Origin: the human T2T-CHM13v2.0 reference genome, Homo sapiens
Length of the DNA stretch: 64,000 nt
Strand: one strand, 5' to 3'
Assembly: GCF_009914755.1 (NCBI RefSeq)
Contig: NC_060936.1
The position numbers and the translations under genes were made by a program. Shown here piece by piece: positions 1 through 17,250 of the stretch (position 1 is its first letter; every line of letters starts with the position of its first letter). The notes under the pieces are model-generated. The model saw only the letters and a list, made by a program, of their open reading frames with translations. It was not told the origin of the DNA and searched no databases.

Positions 1-302
<302 letters not shown>

Positions 303-890
303 TTATAAGCTACATAGGAAACATGTAGGGTGTTAGGAGGAAAAAATGCAGACAAGACAGGGTATTTATATTGCAACAGCACCAAATAAAATACACTCAA
401 AACACCTGAGTAAATGTTACATTTTCTCTATTCTACTTCCATCTCATAAAAAATGACAATTTTGACATTTTTCCTGTTTATTGAAAAGCTATCTGTTTAA
501 AGATTCCAGCAGATGTACTTCTATGGTTCATATGAAAGGAAACACATCCTGCTAGGAACACATACAGGAAAACCCCTACTAGTAGCAAAATCCTGCTCAG
601 CCCATTTGCTGAGACCATTCCAGGGCGTCGATTACTCAAGCGTTCAGTGGGCAGAGAATGCTCCCTCAGCCAGTGGCAACCACAAGACTCTAAAATGTCC
701 CATTAGAGGAAAGACCATGTTTCCTCCAAGCCACTGTTACCTGTATGGCAGGTACTTTAATGTAGAAGAGATCCGATGTGTTATTCAATAGAAAAAGGCA
801 GGTAAGACAGCAGATGAGGAGACAAATATCCTAAACTCAGTTATTTAAATGACAATGCCAACAGTAAAAAATTCCTTTTAAGAAGATGGA

Positions 891-1191
891 GGCCGGGCAG
901 GGCGGCTCACACCTGTAAATCCTAGCACTTTAGGCAACTGAGACAGGTGGATTGCCCGAACTCAGGAATTCGAGACCAGCCTGGCCAACATGGTGAAACT
1001 CCATCTCTAGTAAAATACAAAAAATCAGGTGGGCGTGGTTGCAGGTGCCTGTAATCCCAGCTACTCAGGAGGCTGAGGCACGAGAATTGCTTGAACCCAG
1101 GAGGTGGAGGTTGCAGTGAGCCAGGATTGTGCCACTACACCCCAGCCTGAACAACAAGCGAAACTGTCTCAAAAAAAAAAAAAAAAAAAAA
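891..1191 (+). mobile_element. Alu
   Basis: Alu consensus with a poly(A) tail. Confidence 0.95.
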
Positions 1192-1298
1192 GGAAGTGGG
1201 AAATGTAATAATATATAAGCCTACATAGAATACACATTCACGAGAGAGCAGACACCCAAAGCAAATATAGGAGGTACTCTGATTAAATATAAAAATTT

Positions 1299-1535
1299 GG
1301 CCGGGCACGTTGGCTCACGCCTGCAATCTCAGCATTTTGGGAGGCTGAGGTGGGAAGATCGCTTAAGGCCAGGGGTTCAAGACCAGCCTGGATAACATAA
1401 TGAGGCACTGTCTCTAAGAAGGCTGATGCAGGAAGACTGCTTGAGCCCAGGAGTTTGAGGCTGCAGTATGCTATGATCATGCCACTGCACTCTAGCAAGA
1501 TCATGTCTCTTTAAAAAAAAAAAAAAAAAAAAAAA
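1299..1535 (+). mobile_element. Alu (J-like, internally deleted)
   Basis: Alu consensus lacking the linker region. Confidence 0.9.
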
Positions 1536-2708
1536 TCATCATTTCCGAATATGAGATAGCTGAGCTTTTTCAAATTTTCTAAATTAAATCCAGCAGTGAC
1601 ACTCAAAGAAAGAATTTACCTAACGAATTGCATATTTCTACTGCATGCAACTCTTTAACAGATTCATACATGAGACATTCCAAGAAAAAAAAACATGCCT
1701 TACCTATTTTAATAGAAGCTGTTTTTAAAAGAGGAAGAAAAAAGACCACATGCAACATTTGCTATAAAGCACAGCAAAATGTCAGATACACAACAGATCT
1801 CCTCATACACAGCAGTTTTGGCTGAAAGAGATTTGTATTCCACTGCTGATATGGACTTGTTGAAAAAAATGTTTTTTCTAGAAAAACTATTGACCACTTA
1901 GCATGGCCGACTGACTGCAAGTATGAATAGCCTTGATGTTGGTTCAATTGATTATAACACCAGGAATGGTAAAAATTAAGGGAAAAAAATTCACATGTAT
2001 TACATAGCCTTCCAAATAGTTTCATCCCATCATTATTAATCCAGGTAACAGGTAAGATGCCAAGAATGAGGCATACCAGTAAAAATGCATTTTGTTTCAA
2101 TTCAATAACTCAATATCATTTAGTTTTTAAAGTTTCTAAGAATAAAGAGAAAATGCAAATAAGATCTACCAAGAAGCCTCCAGGCTCGGGCCTCACAGAG
2201 CTAGGCCTGGAGAGAGTTCCAAAGCTCATCAATTCCAGGCCCGTCACGTTTCAGCCTGAAGACGTATAACTCCTCCAAAGATAAAGAACTTCTGAGAAAG
2301 ATGCAGTGACCTTGAACTACAAAGTACGGAGCAGTTCCAACTTTTCAGCCCATGAACTGTCATACTTTTCCAACAATCAATCCCGAATCATATATACAAT
2401 TCAGTTTCTCCACATCAGCCAACAATGGCACTTAGAGCTCTGTCCTGTGGGTGCTGCTTTGACAGCCCCCAGTCCAGTTGGCCAGTTTGTGTAACACTTT
2501 AAATGTGAAACTGCACTTTGCCTACACTTTATAAATATGAGTAAAAATGGAAAAATCAAAATACAGAAACCAGCTGTAGGCATTCAAATGTACTGAGACA
2601 AACAAGAGGGTATCTGTTATGACCAAGGAAGCAAATCTTACTTCTCACTGAAAATCCTTAGCTTAGCCAGAGGACTATGTGCTCAGTTGTCCAAGAAAAG
2701 AACAACCT

Positions 2709-3383
<675 letters not shown>

Positions 3384-3688
3384 GGTGAGGTATAATAAAG
3401 AGGTATCATACTTTTTAAAGTTTTCAAAGAAGAGCACTCGTATATTTACATTTTATAATCTATACTCATTTTAGGAACTTCTTACAAAGAGACTTGGTTG
3501 GGGACCACCTAAAGTCAAACCTAAGCACTCACTGGCAATGTGAAGCAGAAAGCAGTGAGCGCATTGCAGAGCGTAATGTGACGCTATGAAAATGACTGCC
3601 GAAAATCAAGTCTGACAAGAAGTAAAATGAGCAGCAAAACAGTAACACATAATGAACCTGAAGACAAAAGATAAAATTCCTAAAACTG

Positions 3689-3864
3689 GGCTGGGTGTGG
3701 TGGTTCATACCAGTAATCCCAGCACTTTGGGAGGCTGAAGCAGGAGGATCCCTTGAGCCCAGGAGTCTGAGGCTGCACTGAGCTATTATTGCACCACTGA
3801 ACTTGATACCAAAAGACAAAGCGAAACTGTGTCTCTTAAAAAAACAAAACAAAACAAAACAAAA
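3689..3864 (+). mobile_element. Alu monomer-length element
   Basis: Single-arm Alu with a (CAAAA)n tail. Confidence 0.85.
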
Positions 3865-4477
3865 CTGTAATTCCCTCACATCTTATTAAAGAGAGACCCT
3901 TTTATGAACTAAAAGATGCCATAATGAGGCCTGTAACTCACTTAAAATATAATAGAAATGACACTACAGAAATTTTGCAGTTACTAAAATGTGAGAATAT
4001 ATAAGGACTTCGAAATCATCTCTAGCTCTTCAATGACAGAAATATATATTTCTATTACAGAGATAATGTGCAAGGATGACATGTTTACAACCCTCCACAT
4101 CTCCCAATTTTCTGCTTATCACCAGCATCTTTATAAACACAACCACCTCTTTTGGTCCCTGGAGCTTTGAAAAAGCATTGCTGAAGAAACGTCCCTTGGG
4201 AAGACAAAGGCAGGCGCTACCTGACCCGCCTCCTCCCTCCCCCCCTCCCCCCCGCATACTCACAACACTGCAGAACCATATAAAATCGCCTGAGGCAGCA
4301 GCCATCTCCCTAAAGTGCACCACAGGAGACCAGACTCAGAAGCTTAATTCTGTGTCTCTCTTCAAAGAGCAGAACACAACTCAAAGAGCCAAATTAATCC
4401 CAAGAGGTCTCACACCAACCGCAAAACTTTTATAGACATGAGTGACCTAGCAATCTCACTTAAAAATTAATCCTTGA

Positions 4478-4824
<347 letters not shown>

Positions 4825-5499
4825 CTACTTTTCTTATCAACAACTGGTAAAAAACACACTGTGTATGACAGTTCAAACTTGTTAAGTCTGTTTTTCACTA
4901 CTTAGTCATATGGAGTAGACAATAAAATTTTATTAATTATTTGGCAATACTGTTATACCAGGAAATGAAATTACTGGATGCTCATATCTTAAAAAGGGAT
5001 GGGGGATATTTTTATTAATAACTTCATAAGGCTAGTCACAGGCAAAACTAGCAGTGTCAAAAAACAAAATAATCACCTTCACCTGAAGAATTTCAGCCTT
5101 CCCTTTTTAACCCATACCTTGGGCAAGCGGAGATTAAATGGATTAAATGAACATGTACTCCTGACAGTGTTTCAAAGGAACATTAAGGAAGAGTAGGAAA
5201 ATCTCTGGCTTGGATGTCAGACACAAATTTATCTTGACATAATTACCTACCCAGCTAGATCATTTTGGTCCTCTGGTTGTTTGTTTCTTCATCTATAAAA
5301 TGGAAGAACTAAAATAAATGATTTCTAGGGTCCTATCAGAGTCTACAGGAAATCCTTCTTTCACTGGGATACAGTCCACATCCCCCCCAGTAAAACAGAC
5401 ACAACTCACTGCAAACCACATTACTTACTAACATCCACAGGGTTATACGTATTACATATATACTCAACTATGAATGTTGAATAGGTCCTTAATCCCAGT

Positions 5500-6310
5500 C
5501 ATTCTTTTGTTCAACAACTATTCACTCGGCTTTGACCATGCGCCTAGCACCATGCTAGACATGAGAGACACAACTGTGAGCAAGCAGACCTGGCCCCTGC
5601 TCTCATGGAGCTTACAGTCCACTGCAGGAGACACAACACAATCAGATATTCGTGCAAACATTAGCATGCCGCTGTGGCAAGTGCTGGAATGCAGAAGAAC
5701 ACAAGGTAACTGAGTCAATAATCGGGGAACAGAAGCAGTCAGAGAAGCGACACTTAAGCTGAAATCAAAGAATGAGAAGTCAACTGGGCAATAAGAGAAG
5801 AAAAGTGAGTCCCAGCTGGGAGGAACAACAAAATATCAAAAGTCTGTATCAAAAGCAAGCACTTGTCAGAATCTGGACTACTTAGCCCACAGAGGCTGGA
5901 GCCCAGAGAGCAAGGGTAGAAGAGGCTGCGAGGTCAGCAGAACCCGGATCACAGAGGGCTTTCTAGGCCATGTTAAGGATTTTATCTGTACTTGCAGTCT
6001 TGGGAGCCATAGGAAATTTTTTAAGTATGAGTATGTGACATAATTAGATTTGCATTTTAAAAGCTCACGCTGAATGAAGCTGGAGAATGGATCTGCACGT
6101 GGGAGCATCTGAAAGGATTCAGGGAAGCTAGTTAGGAAGTCACGGCACTTGTTGTCCAGGCCACAAGTCACAGTCCCAGTAGAAACAGAGATGATGGAGC
6201 CAAAAGACTTGAAGTCAACTGAATTTAAAACTGTTTTAGATATGAAGGGTGCATCAACAGTGATGCCTAATTTGACTCATGCAACCAGATGGTTGGGGGT
6301 GCCTTCCCAC
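5500..6310 (-). mobile_element. L2 fragment
   Basis: L2 3'-end motifs (TTCAACAACTATTCA...CCCCTGCTCTCATGGAGCTTACAGTC; GGCCATGTTAAGGATTTT...GGGAGCCATAGGAA). Confidence 0.7.
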
Positions 6311-6421
6311 CTTCTCTTTGGTGTGGAGACTTACTTACTACCTCTTAGTAGTAGCTTCAAAGAGCCTTCTGTTGACAAGTAAGGTATCTGAAAAGAGTAA
6401 AACCATGGGAAAAATACTTTA

Positions 6422-7215
<794 letters not shown>

Positions 7216-8526
7216 TTAAAATAAAAATCTCCCTATGTTTCTGGAATTTTCAGACATCCTATAGAAATAGGAAAGTATAGCGCTTACAATCTTACTGCAC
7301 CTTAGGAAAAATAATTTTGTCTGCCTGATCCCTTTTGGTAAAATTAAAAATATTTCCTTATCAGCATATGCATCTTCTAAAGCGAAGGAAAAAACAAAAC
7401 AAAACACTCAATATCAGTATCTATAATAGAGTACAAGAAACTAAGAATTTAACTCACTGGAGATAATGTAGTTACTACCAAATACTTTACCACCATTCAA
7501 TACCTTTAGAAGAAGGTCTCAGGCTCTTCAGGAAGAAAACAGCACACATTCAATTTCACCAATAAAATGAAAATATCTCTAGGGAAGTGAAGACAAATAA
7601 ACACGGCCCACTTTCAGAAGGAAACATTTGGGCTAAATATTCTAAGAGCAAATACTCTACTACAAAAAGCTTTTATCAGCTGTAGCTGGTAAAACTGTAG
7701 CCCTAACTCTCCCAAATCCATTTTCCTTCCAAACTGTATCAAGACTTGAAAATTATAATCTTTAATTCTCTATGCTAAATTAATTGGACATCACAATAGT
7801 AACTAAAGAGAAATTATCTATTCCTTATGAAAGTAGGACAAATAATTTTAAGTAGAAGGCCAGCAAAAAGATCCAGGGGCTTCCTATCCCTAATACTTTT
7901 TTAAACAACTACATTTATGGTTTATGGTACCCTCAAAAAACTACCAGAAATAACACACACACGTATACACACAAATGCAATTACAAAATAATTCATTTTT
8001 TGTGACCACTTATCGTGAATACAATATAAACCAAAGTCTACAGTTTTTCAGACTTTAGTATGTATAAATGAACTCCTAAGCGATTAGATCATTTTAACAG
8101 TTGTAGTGGTGCACAATTCACCCTATCTTAACTTACTCGGTCCTTGTCAAATTCTCAAGTCAAACGAATTCTCAAATACATTAAATCCTTGGGGCTCCAG
8201 GAGTCACTCAAATGCCCTAAGGCCTGCCCTATGATTTCTCTGGTGCTGGGCAGGGCACACCTAGAGGTCCACTGCAGACAAACCTCCACCTTCACCTCCT
8301 CCTTCAGGGAGAACATAAGGCTATTTAATGACAATAGCGCATTAAAGGATGAGAAACTCAAAAAGAGAAAGATAGTGAAGGAAAACAGCTTTTTCAATGG
8401 CTACCTTAACTTTAAATCCCCTTGACAGAAATTATGGTTCTTGCCATATCTATCTTCATTGTTAAATGAAAGCATGCTTCCATTGGGATGTTACTTCATT
8501 GACTCTAAAGTCAAACTTGCTAACCA

Positions 8527-8850
<324 letters not shown>

Positions 8851-9148
8851 CTAACCAGAGCTATAAAATACAGCCATAAGAAACCCATGCTGCCAATAGT
8901 TTTAATTTATTCAAGAAATCAATTAAGTAAATTTGTGATGAGTACCAAAATGTTGTGTTATCCTGCTTTTTATCAGAACATATGCTTTAAATAATCAAAA
9001 CCCCAAAATTTGCTTTACAAATAAAGCATGTTTCAATAAAGGAATGTGTATGTATATCTGTGTGTGTAAATTTACACATATAAACATCTTGCTAACATAT
9101 TTATTTACAATAAAAATTACGAAGTTAGTTTATAATAACATAATAAGA

Positions 9149-9445
9149 ATTTTTTTTTTTTATTTGAGATGGAGTCTCTCTTTGTTGCCCAGGCTGGAGT
9201 GCAGTGGTGCGATCTCAGTTCACTGCAAGCTCTGTCTCCGAGTTCATGCCATTTTCCTGCCCTCAGCCTCCTGAGTAGCTGGGACTACAGGTGCCCGCCA
9301 CCACGCCCGGCTAATTTTTTGTATTTTTAGTAGAGATGGGGTTTCACCATGTTAGCCAGGATGGTCTCGACATCCTGACCTCGTGATCCACCCGCCTCAG
9401 CCTCCTAAAGTGCTGGGATTACAGGCATGAGCCACCGCACCCGGC
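9149..9445 (-). mobile_element. AluY
   Basis: Antisense Alu with Y diagnostics (GCAAGCTC, GCCATT, TTAGCCAGGATGG). Confidence 0.93.
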
Positions 9446-12400
9446 AAATATTTACAATTAGTAGTCCTAGGCCATAGAAAACATCTTTATTCCTTTCATC
9501 TTCTAGGAAAATGGAAAGACTGACAATATCACAAGTGTATCATGCAAAGTTGAAATTCAATTACTCAATTAACATTTATTGAACAGCTACTATGCACCAG
9601 GCAATATGCTAGGAAATGGAGGCACCAAAAAATGTAAGATATCCTCTACCTTTAAGGAACATGGAATATAGCAGTATTATAAGGTGTTCACTTTCACAAA
9701 CTGTAAAATAATTCTGTACTCAATCTCTAGTCATTTAATCCCAGATGTAATTAGTATTAGCATAGAAATCACTAACACTAGTGACACCCACAAATTACAC
9801 TTTCACCTACCTTTATAACTCCATAACCAAACTATATTTACATTTTACTCTAACATATTGTATAAATGCATAACCTATTATCATCACTTTCCATAATCAG
9901 GGCCATCTCATCTACCCATCTTACACTACTCTTCCCTAATTACACCAGTTCTGAGTCAGCCCAGTACTATTAGGCACACCCTCAGGCAGGATCTCACTCC
10001 CAGTGTCCCACAAACACTGACTCTCCAACGCCTGTCTCCTGAATTCCCACAGAGCTCACAGTCTATACTGCAGAATTCACCATCAAAGAGTCATGTGCTT
10101 GAGGGCTGGAGGAGGCTTGTAATGTATTTTTTAAACTTTTACATAATTTAAAAGTAAATCAAAACATTAAGCTTGCCATAAGACTTTGTGAATACGAATT
10201 TTTTAAATGATACCAGAAAAATCAAGTCCCTAATATATTTTGCATCATAAAATGTTTGAATGAAAAGAGTTCTTTGAAACCAGTAGTTCAAACCCTTCAC
10301 AGAGGCACTAACAGAATGGAGAGGTCAATAATTTCCCACTGTTTGATGAAAAAAGTGACTTTTTGATAAGTTTATAAAAGAATAGAAAAATAGACAGGAC
10401 GAGTGCCCAGCTCTGGCCATTATAAGATGCCCCAATTTACAATCACTACCATGCCCTGATCAACTTTCCAAAGGTCACAGAAACCAAGCCACTTCGCCAA
10501 AACCTAAGACCCTTTCAAGCTGTGAAGTTCCCAAACGGAAAAGAAAAAAAAAAGATCAGAAAGTATTTTGAAAAAAATTTAGCAGAGTCACTGTTTTGGA
10601 GTGACAGGAAGAACCTTTCTAAAGCAGGCATGGTTTCTTCCTGATTCCAGGTATCAGGACTAGCCTCCTTACGTGGGGTCTGCCTGACTTCACATGCCTC
10701 TGCTCAACTTTCCCCTTGAAACCTTGCTGTAATGACTGAATGCAAACATTTCAAAGAGACAATCTGTTTATCAGTAAGGAACCTCCTCTTTAAAAATATT
10801 AACATTGTACACCTCTAAAAGGGTTAAAGAACATGAGTGAAATGACATGAATAAAGCCTGTAGTCATCCCAACCCTGAATAACAGCGGTAGTCTAGCAGG
10901 GAAATGAATTTGAACCATGTGCTTTGCTACCATGATTTAAAGAAAGTGAGCTTAACCAGGGAAGTAGAAGCTTCAAATTAAGAGAGAGATGAAGGAGGAT
11001 GAAGAACAAGGAGGGCCAGCACAGACCTGGAGGGCTGCAGTGGCATGAGACCCCTGGACGCCACACAGCCTGCACAGGGAGGCTCCTGGGGCATGGGGCA
11101 TGAGTCCTTACTTCTCTTTCACATGACTACCAGCTCCCAAGATCCAGAATTCCACTATCACCATAAACAATTTCAAAAACTGCTGTGAATTAAACAGATT
11201 CCTTCAGTCTAGGCTGGGAACGTACCCACCACTTACAATGCTGAATCAACACAATAGATAGAAATTACTACTAGTAGATCTGAGTTCCAAATAACTGAGT
11301 TAGACTCTGGAACACAACCCAGTCTTGAGTTGGGGACCAAATGTACACACTGCCTGCCTCCAAAACAGAAATTTCATCTGGGCTCTTGCTCATTCACTTT
11401 CAGAGAAACACACAGTTCATAACCATCCTTTGAAGGTATGATATGTTATTTGTTCTACTTGATAAAAGTAATTCAGTCCACTGCACTCAAGACACTGTCA
11501 TAATGCATAAAAAGATCAAACTAGCAGTCTTAGGGAGAAAAAAGAAGACTTCCAACTTATCTTTTCCTACAGTAGCACTGTAAAGCAACAGTGGCCCACA
11601 GAAGAGAGAGCCTAAAGGACAGTTACTCTATTTCTAAAACAGACAACGTGCATCTTATTAAATATCACCCCCAAAGAACTGTGGCCAGCCCTCATTGGCT
11701 CCAGCCTCTCTCTTGCTTGCCAAGAAAAACTAGGATGACATTGTTAAGCTAAAGATACTACTAACCACAAAATTAATTCACCATCTAGCTTCCAAAGTGA
11801 CTAGTTTCCTAATAAATCCCTCTGCTTAACAGAGATGACAGCGCACTTTCACGTGTGTTCCTCAGTCCCCACTCCAGCCACATTTGAGTTTTTATGTTAA
11901 TAAATCAGTCAATTCTTTAAGTTCCTAAGAATGAAAGGAATTAGAATCTTTAACTAGGAAAGAATGCTTGACCATTACGAAAAGGAATTTAAGTATCTTT
12001 CCTGTGAAGTAAGCAAATAATGGTGATTAAACATTTGTCATAAGGAAGGGATGCTTGTGAATTTTGTCATGCACCCCTATGATATCAAAAGTAGAAAATA
12101 CAGCCTGACGGCTTCACTCTCCTAACACTTCCTTTCCCATGTGTGTCTACTATGGTCTCTCATGAAAAATCTACAGCTTTGTTCATCCAGAATGAAGGCC
12201 TCAGCAGTTGTTGAGACATGGGGACCCACACCCAGTTCCACAATGGAGCAAGAAAGTCTCTTACACCAAACCACCATGTGACCAGACTTGCAGTCTGTCT
12301 TGGTTTCCCAAAGACAGAACAACCACATTGTGAAACAATAATCAACCTTTGCTAATCCTAAGTGGTTTTCATTATGTCTGTTACAATCTATATATTAATA

Positions 12401-13989
12401 GTTCAGTACTGGGCCTGTGTTGTTCCTGTCTAAACTTGGTGTTTTCAAATACAGACGGCCTACTAATGCCAATTTTTCTGGCAAGATGCAATGCAAGGGC
12501 ACCTTTGCAATAATAATCGGTCTTCCAAATACAAGACAAATCTTTAAAACCACTGCTTACTAGTGCTCAGATTATAAGACTGAGGAAATTTAAAAGGATC
12601 AATAAAATACTGTCAAGGAGCTTTACATTAAAAATAGAAATCAAGTTTACCAAAGGTTTATCCAAGAGATATCATGTATTTTCAAGTTTCCTAAAAATGC
12701 ATCTAAAAATCCTCCTAAAAACCTGGACCAAACTTCACAGTTTAATACATGCACAACCTGAATATGTGGGAAAAAGCAACAACAACAACAACATAGGTAC
12801 ATGCTACCAACTGTGGTGATTAACTGAAGAAAACTCCGTGAATAGGCTTGGTTTGCAGATCTGGCAAAAGAGCATGACGAAAGGCTAAGCAAATGGAACT
12901 GCTGCACTGGGTCAAAGACTACAAAGGGAAAGCCATGTCAGGTTCACATTGTTAAATAAAAAATCCACACTATACTATAAATTCACACAACTAACTATAA
13001 AAATTAATTCATACCACACAAAGGAAGGGGCAGTTAAGTTCCTGATCTTGGGTAAATCTGTCAAGCTCCTGCCACCAAAGTCTCCTCATCTGTAAAATGA
13101 GGAATAGACCAGCCCACAGTGCTTCCTGTTCTGGCTGTGATTCAGAGTCACCAGGGAACTCACACCCAGGCAGCTGGATTCATATAGGTCCACAGATGAT
13201 CATCACAAGGCAGTCAAGAATGAGGACCTCTGTACCTGAGCAATAATCTCCCAAATCTCCCAAAATAATATATCCTTTAAAAGATGGTGAGATACTGGTG
13301 CCAAATATAATCCATTATTCATAAATTTTTAAGAAGAAATGTAGATCATTGCCTGACCAAAGGGGAAAAAATATAACTGCCTTCCACATACAATGTATAG
13401 GCCTTCCTACTCCCATTTATAGTCTCTCTCACTCTGACCTTTGCATTATATTAATTACTCATTACTGCAGCAAACGGGAGGAACTGTATTTTTGTTATTA
13501 ATGTAAGATCCAAATGACAGGCCTAATTTAACATACCATAAAACTATAGAGGCTCTTTTCCTACACAGGATGTTACACTTTATCACACTGTAACCAGAAG
13601 AGTTATCTCAAGCACTGCAGTGCAATCTCCTTCAAATCCTAAAAAAATCCATCTTTTGCCAGGAACTTTCCTTAAAATGGACAGACAGACACACAGACAG
13701 AGAGACTGAATACACAGACCTGAATAGAGGAGACTGTCTGAATAGACATTTCCAATTCAGACAGATGCAAAAACACTGGAGGTGTTTTTAAGACCGCCTT
13801 CCCATCCTAAAATTAGACATTTTTTGCCCTCTTCAGTGACTCAACTTTGATTCAAAGTCTAAAATCCTCAGGTGGGAGTAGGAATCCATACCCTTAATAG
13901 CTTAATGTCAGATGTAAAATGTATTAAACTTACTCTATTTGCTTCTCTGCAGTTCCATTCATTAACAGACATTTAAGAGAGAAGAGAGG

Positions 13990-14200
13990 GAACAGGAATG
14001 TATTCAGTACCTACTCTGTATTAGGCACTTCATATAATTTTCCTTGCTTAATCTTGCCAATGACCCTGCAAGGTAAGCCTTTTGCATCTCCACACTACAG
14101 AGGAGGAAAGTGAAGCTCAGGGAGGTGAGGGAGCTGGCAAAGTCACAGCTAGCAAGAAGCGGAGCCAAGAGTGAAGCCCAGCTCTATCTGGCCCTAAAGG
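13990..14200 (-). mobile_element. MIR
   Basis: Core motif ACAGAGGAGGAAAGTGAAGCTCAGGGAGGTGA...AAAGTCACAGCTAG. Confidence 0.7.
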
Positions 14201-14425
14201 CCTGCACCCTCACGGCCTCAGTTCCCCTAAATACAAAACTCTCTTAGAACGAGAACTACAGAAGGTACCCATAGCTCACTGTCCCTAACTAGACAAAAAA
14301 GTTGACATTTTTCTTTCTCTTCTGTACTACCTTGCCACAATCCAAGCTTTAACGAACACACAAAGAAAAGGTATCCCGAAATGGCCAACTGGTTTCTCCT
14401 AATTCTCAGAAAGGTGCTAAGTGAA

Positions 14426-14755
14426 TTTATTTATTTATTTATTTATTTATTTGAGACGGATTCTTTCTCTGCCGCCCAGGCTGGAGTGCAACTCTGTCGC
14501 CCAGGCTGGAGTGTGATGGCGCAGTCTAGGCTCCCTGCAGCCTCTGCCTCCCAGGTTTCAAGCAATTCCCCTGCTTCAGCCTCCTGAGTAGCTGGGACTA
14601 CAGGCGCGTGCCACCACACCCGGCTAATTTTTGTATTTTTAGCAGAGACAGGTTGGCCGTGTTGGCCAGGCTGGTCTCAAACCCCTGACCTCGTGATCTG
14701 CCCGCCTCAGCTTCCCAAAGTGCTGGGATTACAGGTGTGAGCCACCACGCCCGGC
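14426..14755 (-). mobile_element. Alu with an internal ~24-bp duplication
   Basis: Antisense Alu with a (TTTA)n tail. Confidence 0.93.
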
Positions 14756-14798
14756 ATGAAATATTTTTAATTAAAGTATTTTAAAAATAAACATAATC

Positions 14799-15293
<495 letters not shown>

Positions 15294-15699
15294 GAATGAA
15301 AAGAAAGTACACACCCTTAAAATCCAATTTACAACCATTCTCATGAGTGTGACAGGGGTAGTTCCAGTACTAACTGACCAAATACTATCAGGGTCGGCCT
15401 GTATGCATTTGGTGTGACTAAATCGTGTTCGCTGGCCATCTACCCTACTGAGGAGACTGTGCGCCAGTCATTACTGTTCATCGGGGGAAAGAACCTGGAC
15501 GAGAATGTTCTGCCATTGGGGAAATGTTTTAAACACTCAGTTTTACATTTGAGCACTTTTTGGTAAGAGCTGGACTTGGATGCCAGAAGGGCAAAAGGGA
15601 GTTACCCCATTCATGTTATTTTAACATAGGCAATAAAGACATTCATGATAATCAGAGAAACCCACTGACCTCAGGATCTTTCCAGTTAACTTCAATAAA

Positions 15700-16200
15700 C
15701 AATCATTCATTCAGCGAATATCCAGTAGGCACTAATGACCAAGCCATGAACAAGAGAATCTCAGTCTGCCTTCCATGTGAATTGCTCTATTGCATTCTGC
15801 CTTGTATGGAAAGGCACCTTTCAGACTATTAGCTCAAATTCAGGTCCAGTTCTTTGTAGCAAACAGTCCTGATGAATGTACAATACATGAGGGCAGGGAC
15901 AAATGTCTGCCTGTGAGATGAGGAAGTTTTCATGGAGGAAAAACCTCATGACCCATGTCCCAAAGGACAAGTGGGATTCTAGAAGTAGAAAGGCGATGAA
16001 GTAATAAATTCATCACAAGATTTGAAAGCTGGGATGTTTCAGGGAGTGGCACTAGAGATGAAGACATTGGAAGGGGAATAGTGAGAAATAAAGCAGGCTG
16101 AAATCAGAGCCCACCTTACTCCACACCTCATTAAGGAGTCTGAACTTTATTTTGTGGGTAAAGGTGAGGTCACCAGAGGATTTGAACAGGTGAATGGCAT
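15700..16200 (-). mobile_element. L2 fragment
   Basis: CATTCATTCAGCGAATAT... and AAGGAGTCTGAACTTTATTTTG...GAGGATTTGAACAGG motifs. Confidence 0.55.
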
Positions 16201-16364
16201 GTTCCCTGATGAATCCTTTTTCATCTATAGCATACCTTAAAATATATTAATTCAAACCTTTCCCCAGTCCTCTCACATTTGGGTTTCAACTTATATAACC
16301 AAAATATTGAGGAGGGTGTGGTTTAAGGTCTAATTTCTAACTAGTAAGACCCCACTATTCATAA

Positions 16365-17250
16365 ATTGGAAATCATCAAAATTTAAAATCTTTGTTCCTA
16401 AAAAGGGGCACCATCAAGAAAATGAAAGGACATGTCAGAATCCAAGAAAATTTTTGCAAATCATACAGCTGATAAGGCACTTGAATCTAGAATACATGAA
16501 CAACTTTTATAACACCAATAAAAAGACAACCCATTAAAAAACGGGCAGAGCATTTGAATGGACATTTCTCCAAAGATTACACATACAAATGTTCACCAAC
16601 CACATGAAAAGATGCTCAACATCATTAGCCATTAGGGAAACACAGATGACTAGAATCAAAAAGTCAGAGAGTAACAAGTGTTGGCAAGAATGTGGAGAAT
16701 TTAGAACCTTCATATACTCTTGGTGAATACCGTAAAATGGTGCAGCTGCTTTGGAGAAGTCTGGCCATTCCTCCAATAGTTAAATATAGAGTTACCATAC
16801 AACCCATCGATTACATTCCTAGGTAAATACTCAGGAGAAATGAAAACGTATGTTCACAGCATTATTCATAATAGCCAAAAAGGAAAAACACCCAAATGTT
16901 CATCAACTGATGAATGGATAAACAAAATACGGCATATCCAAACAATGGAATATTATTTGACCATTAAAAAAAAAAAATGAAGTACTATACAATACTACCA
17001 CACATATAAACCTTGAAAATATGCTAAATAAGGGCAAGACACAAAAGACCACATAGTGTATGATTCCATTTACATGAAACGGGAGGACTTCTAAGGGGTA
17101 TGGGGTTTCTTTTTGGGGGGGATGAAAATGTTCTAAAATTGACTGTGGTGACAGCTGCACAACTCTGTGAATATACCAAAAACCACAGAACTGTACACTT
17201 TAAACGGGTGAACTGTACAGTATGTCTCAATGAAGCTGTTATAAAACAAA
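16365..17250 (+). mobile_element. Old L1 (L1MB/L1MC-like) 3' end
   Basis: L1 ORF2-end and 3'UTR motifs (GAATGGACATTTCTCCAAAG, ATGCTCAACATCATTAGCCATTAGGG, GAATGGATAAACAAAAT), with an A-rich end. Confidence 0.85.
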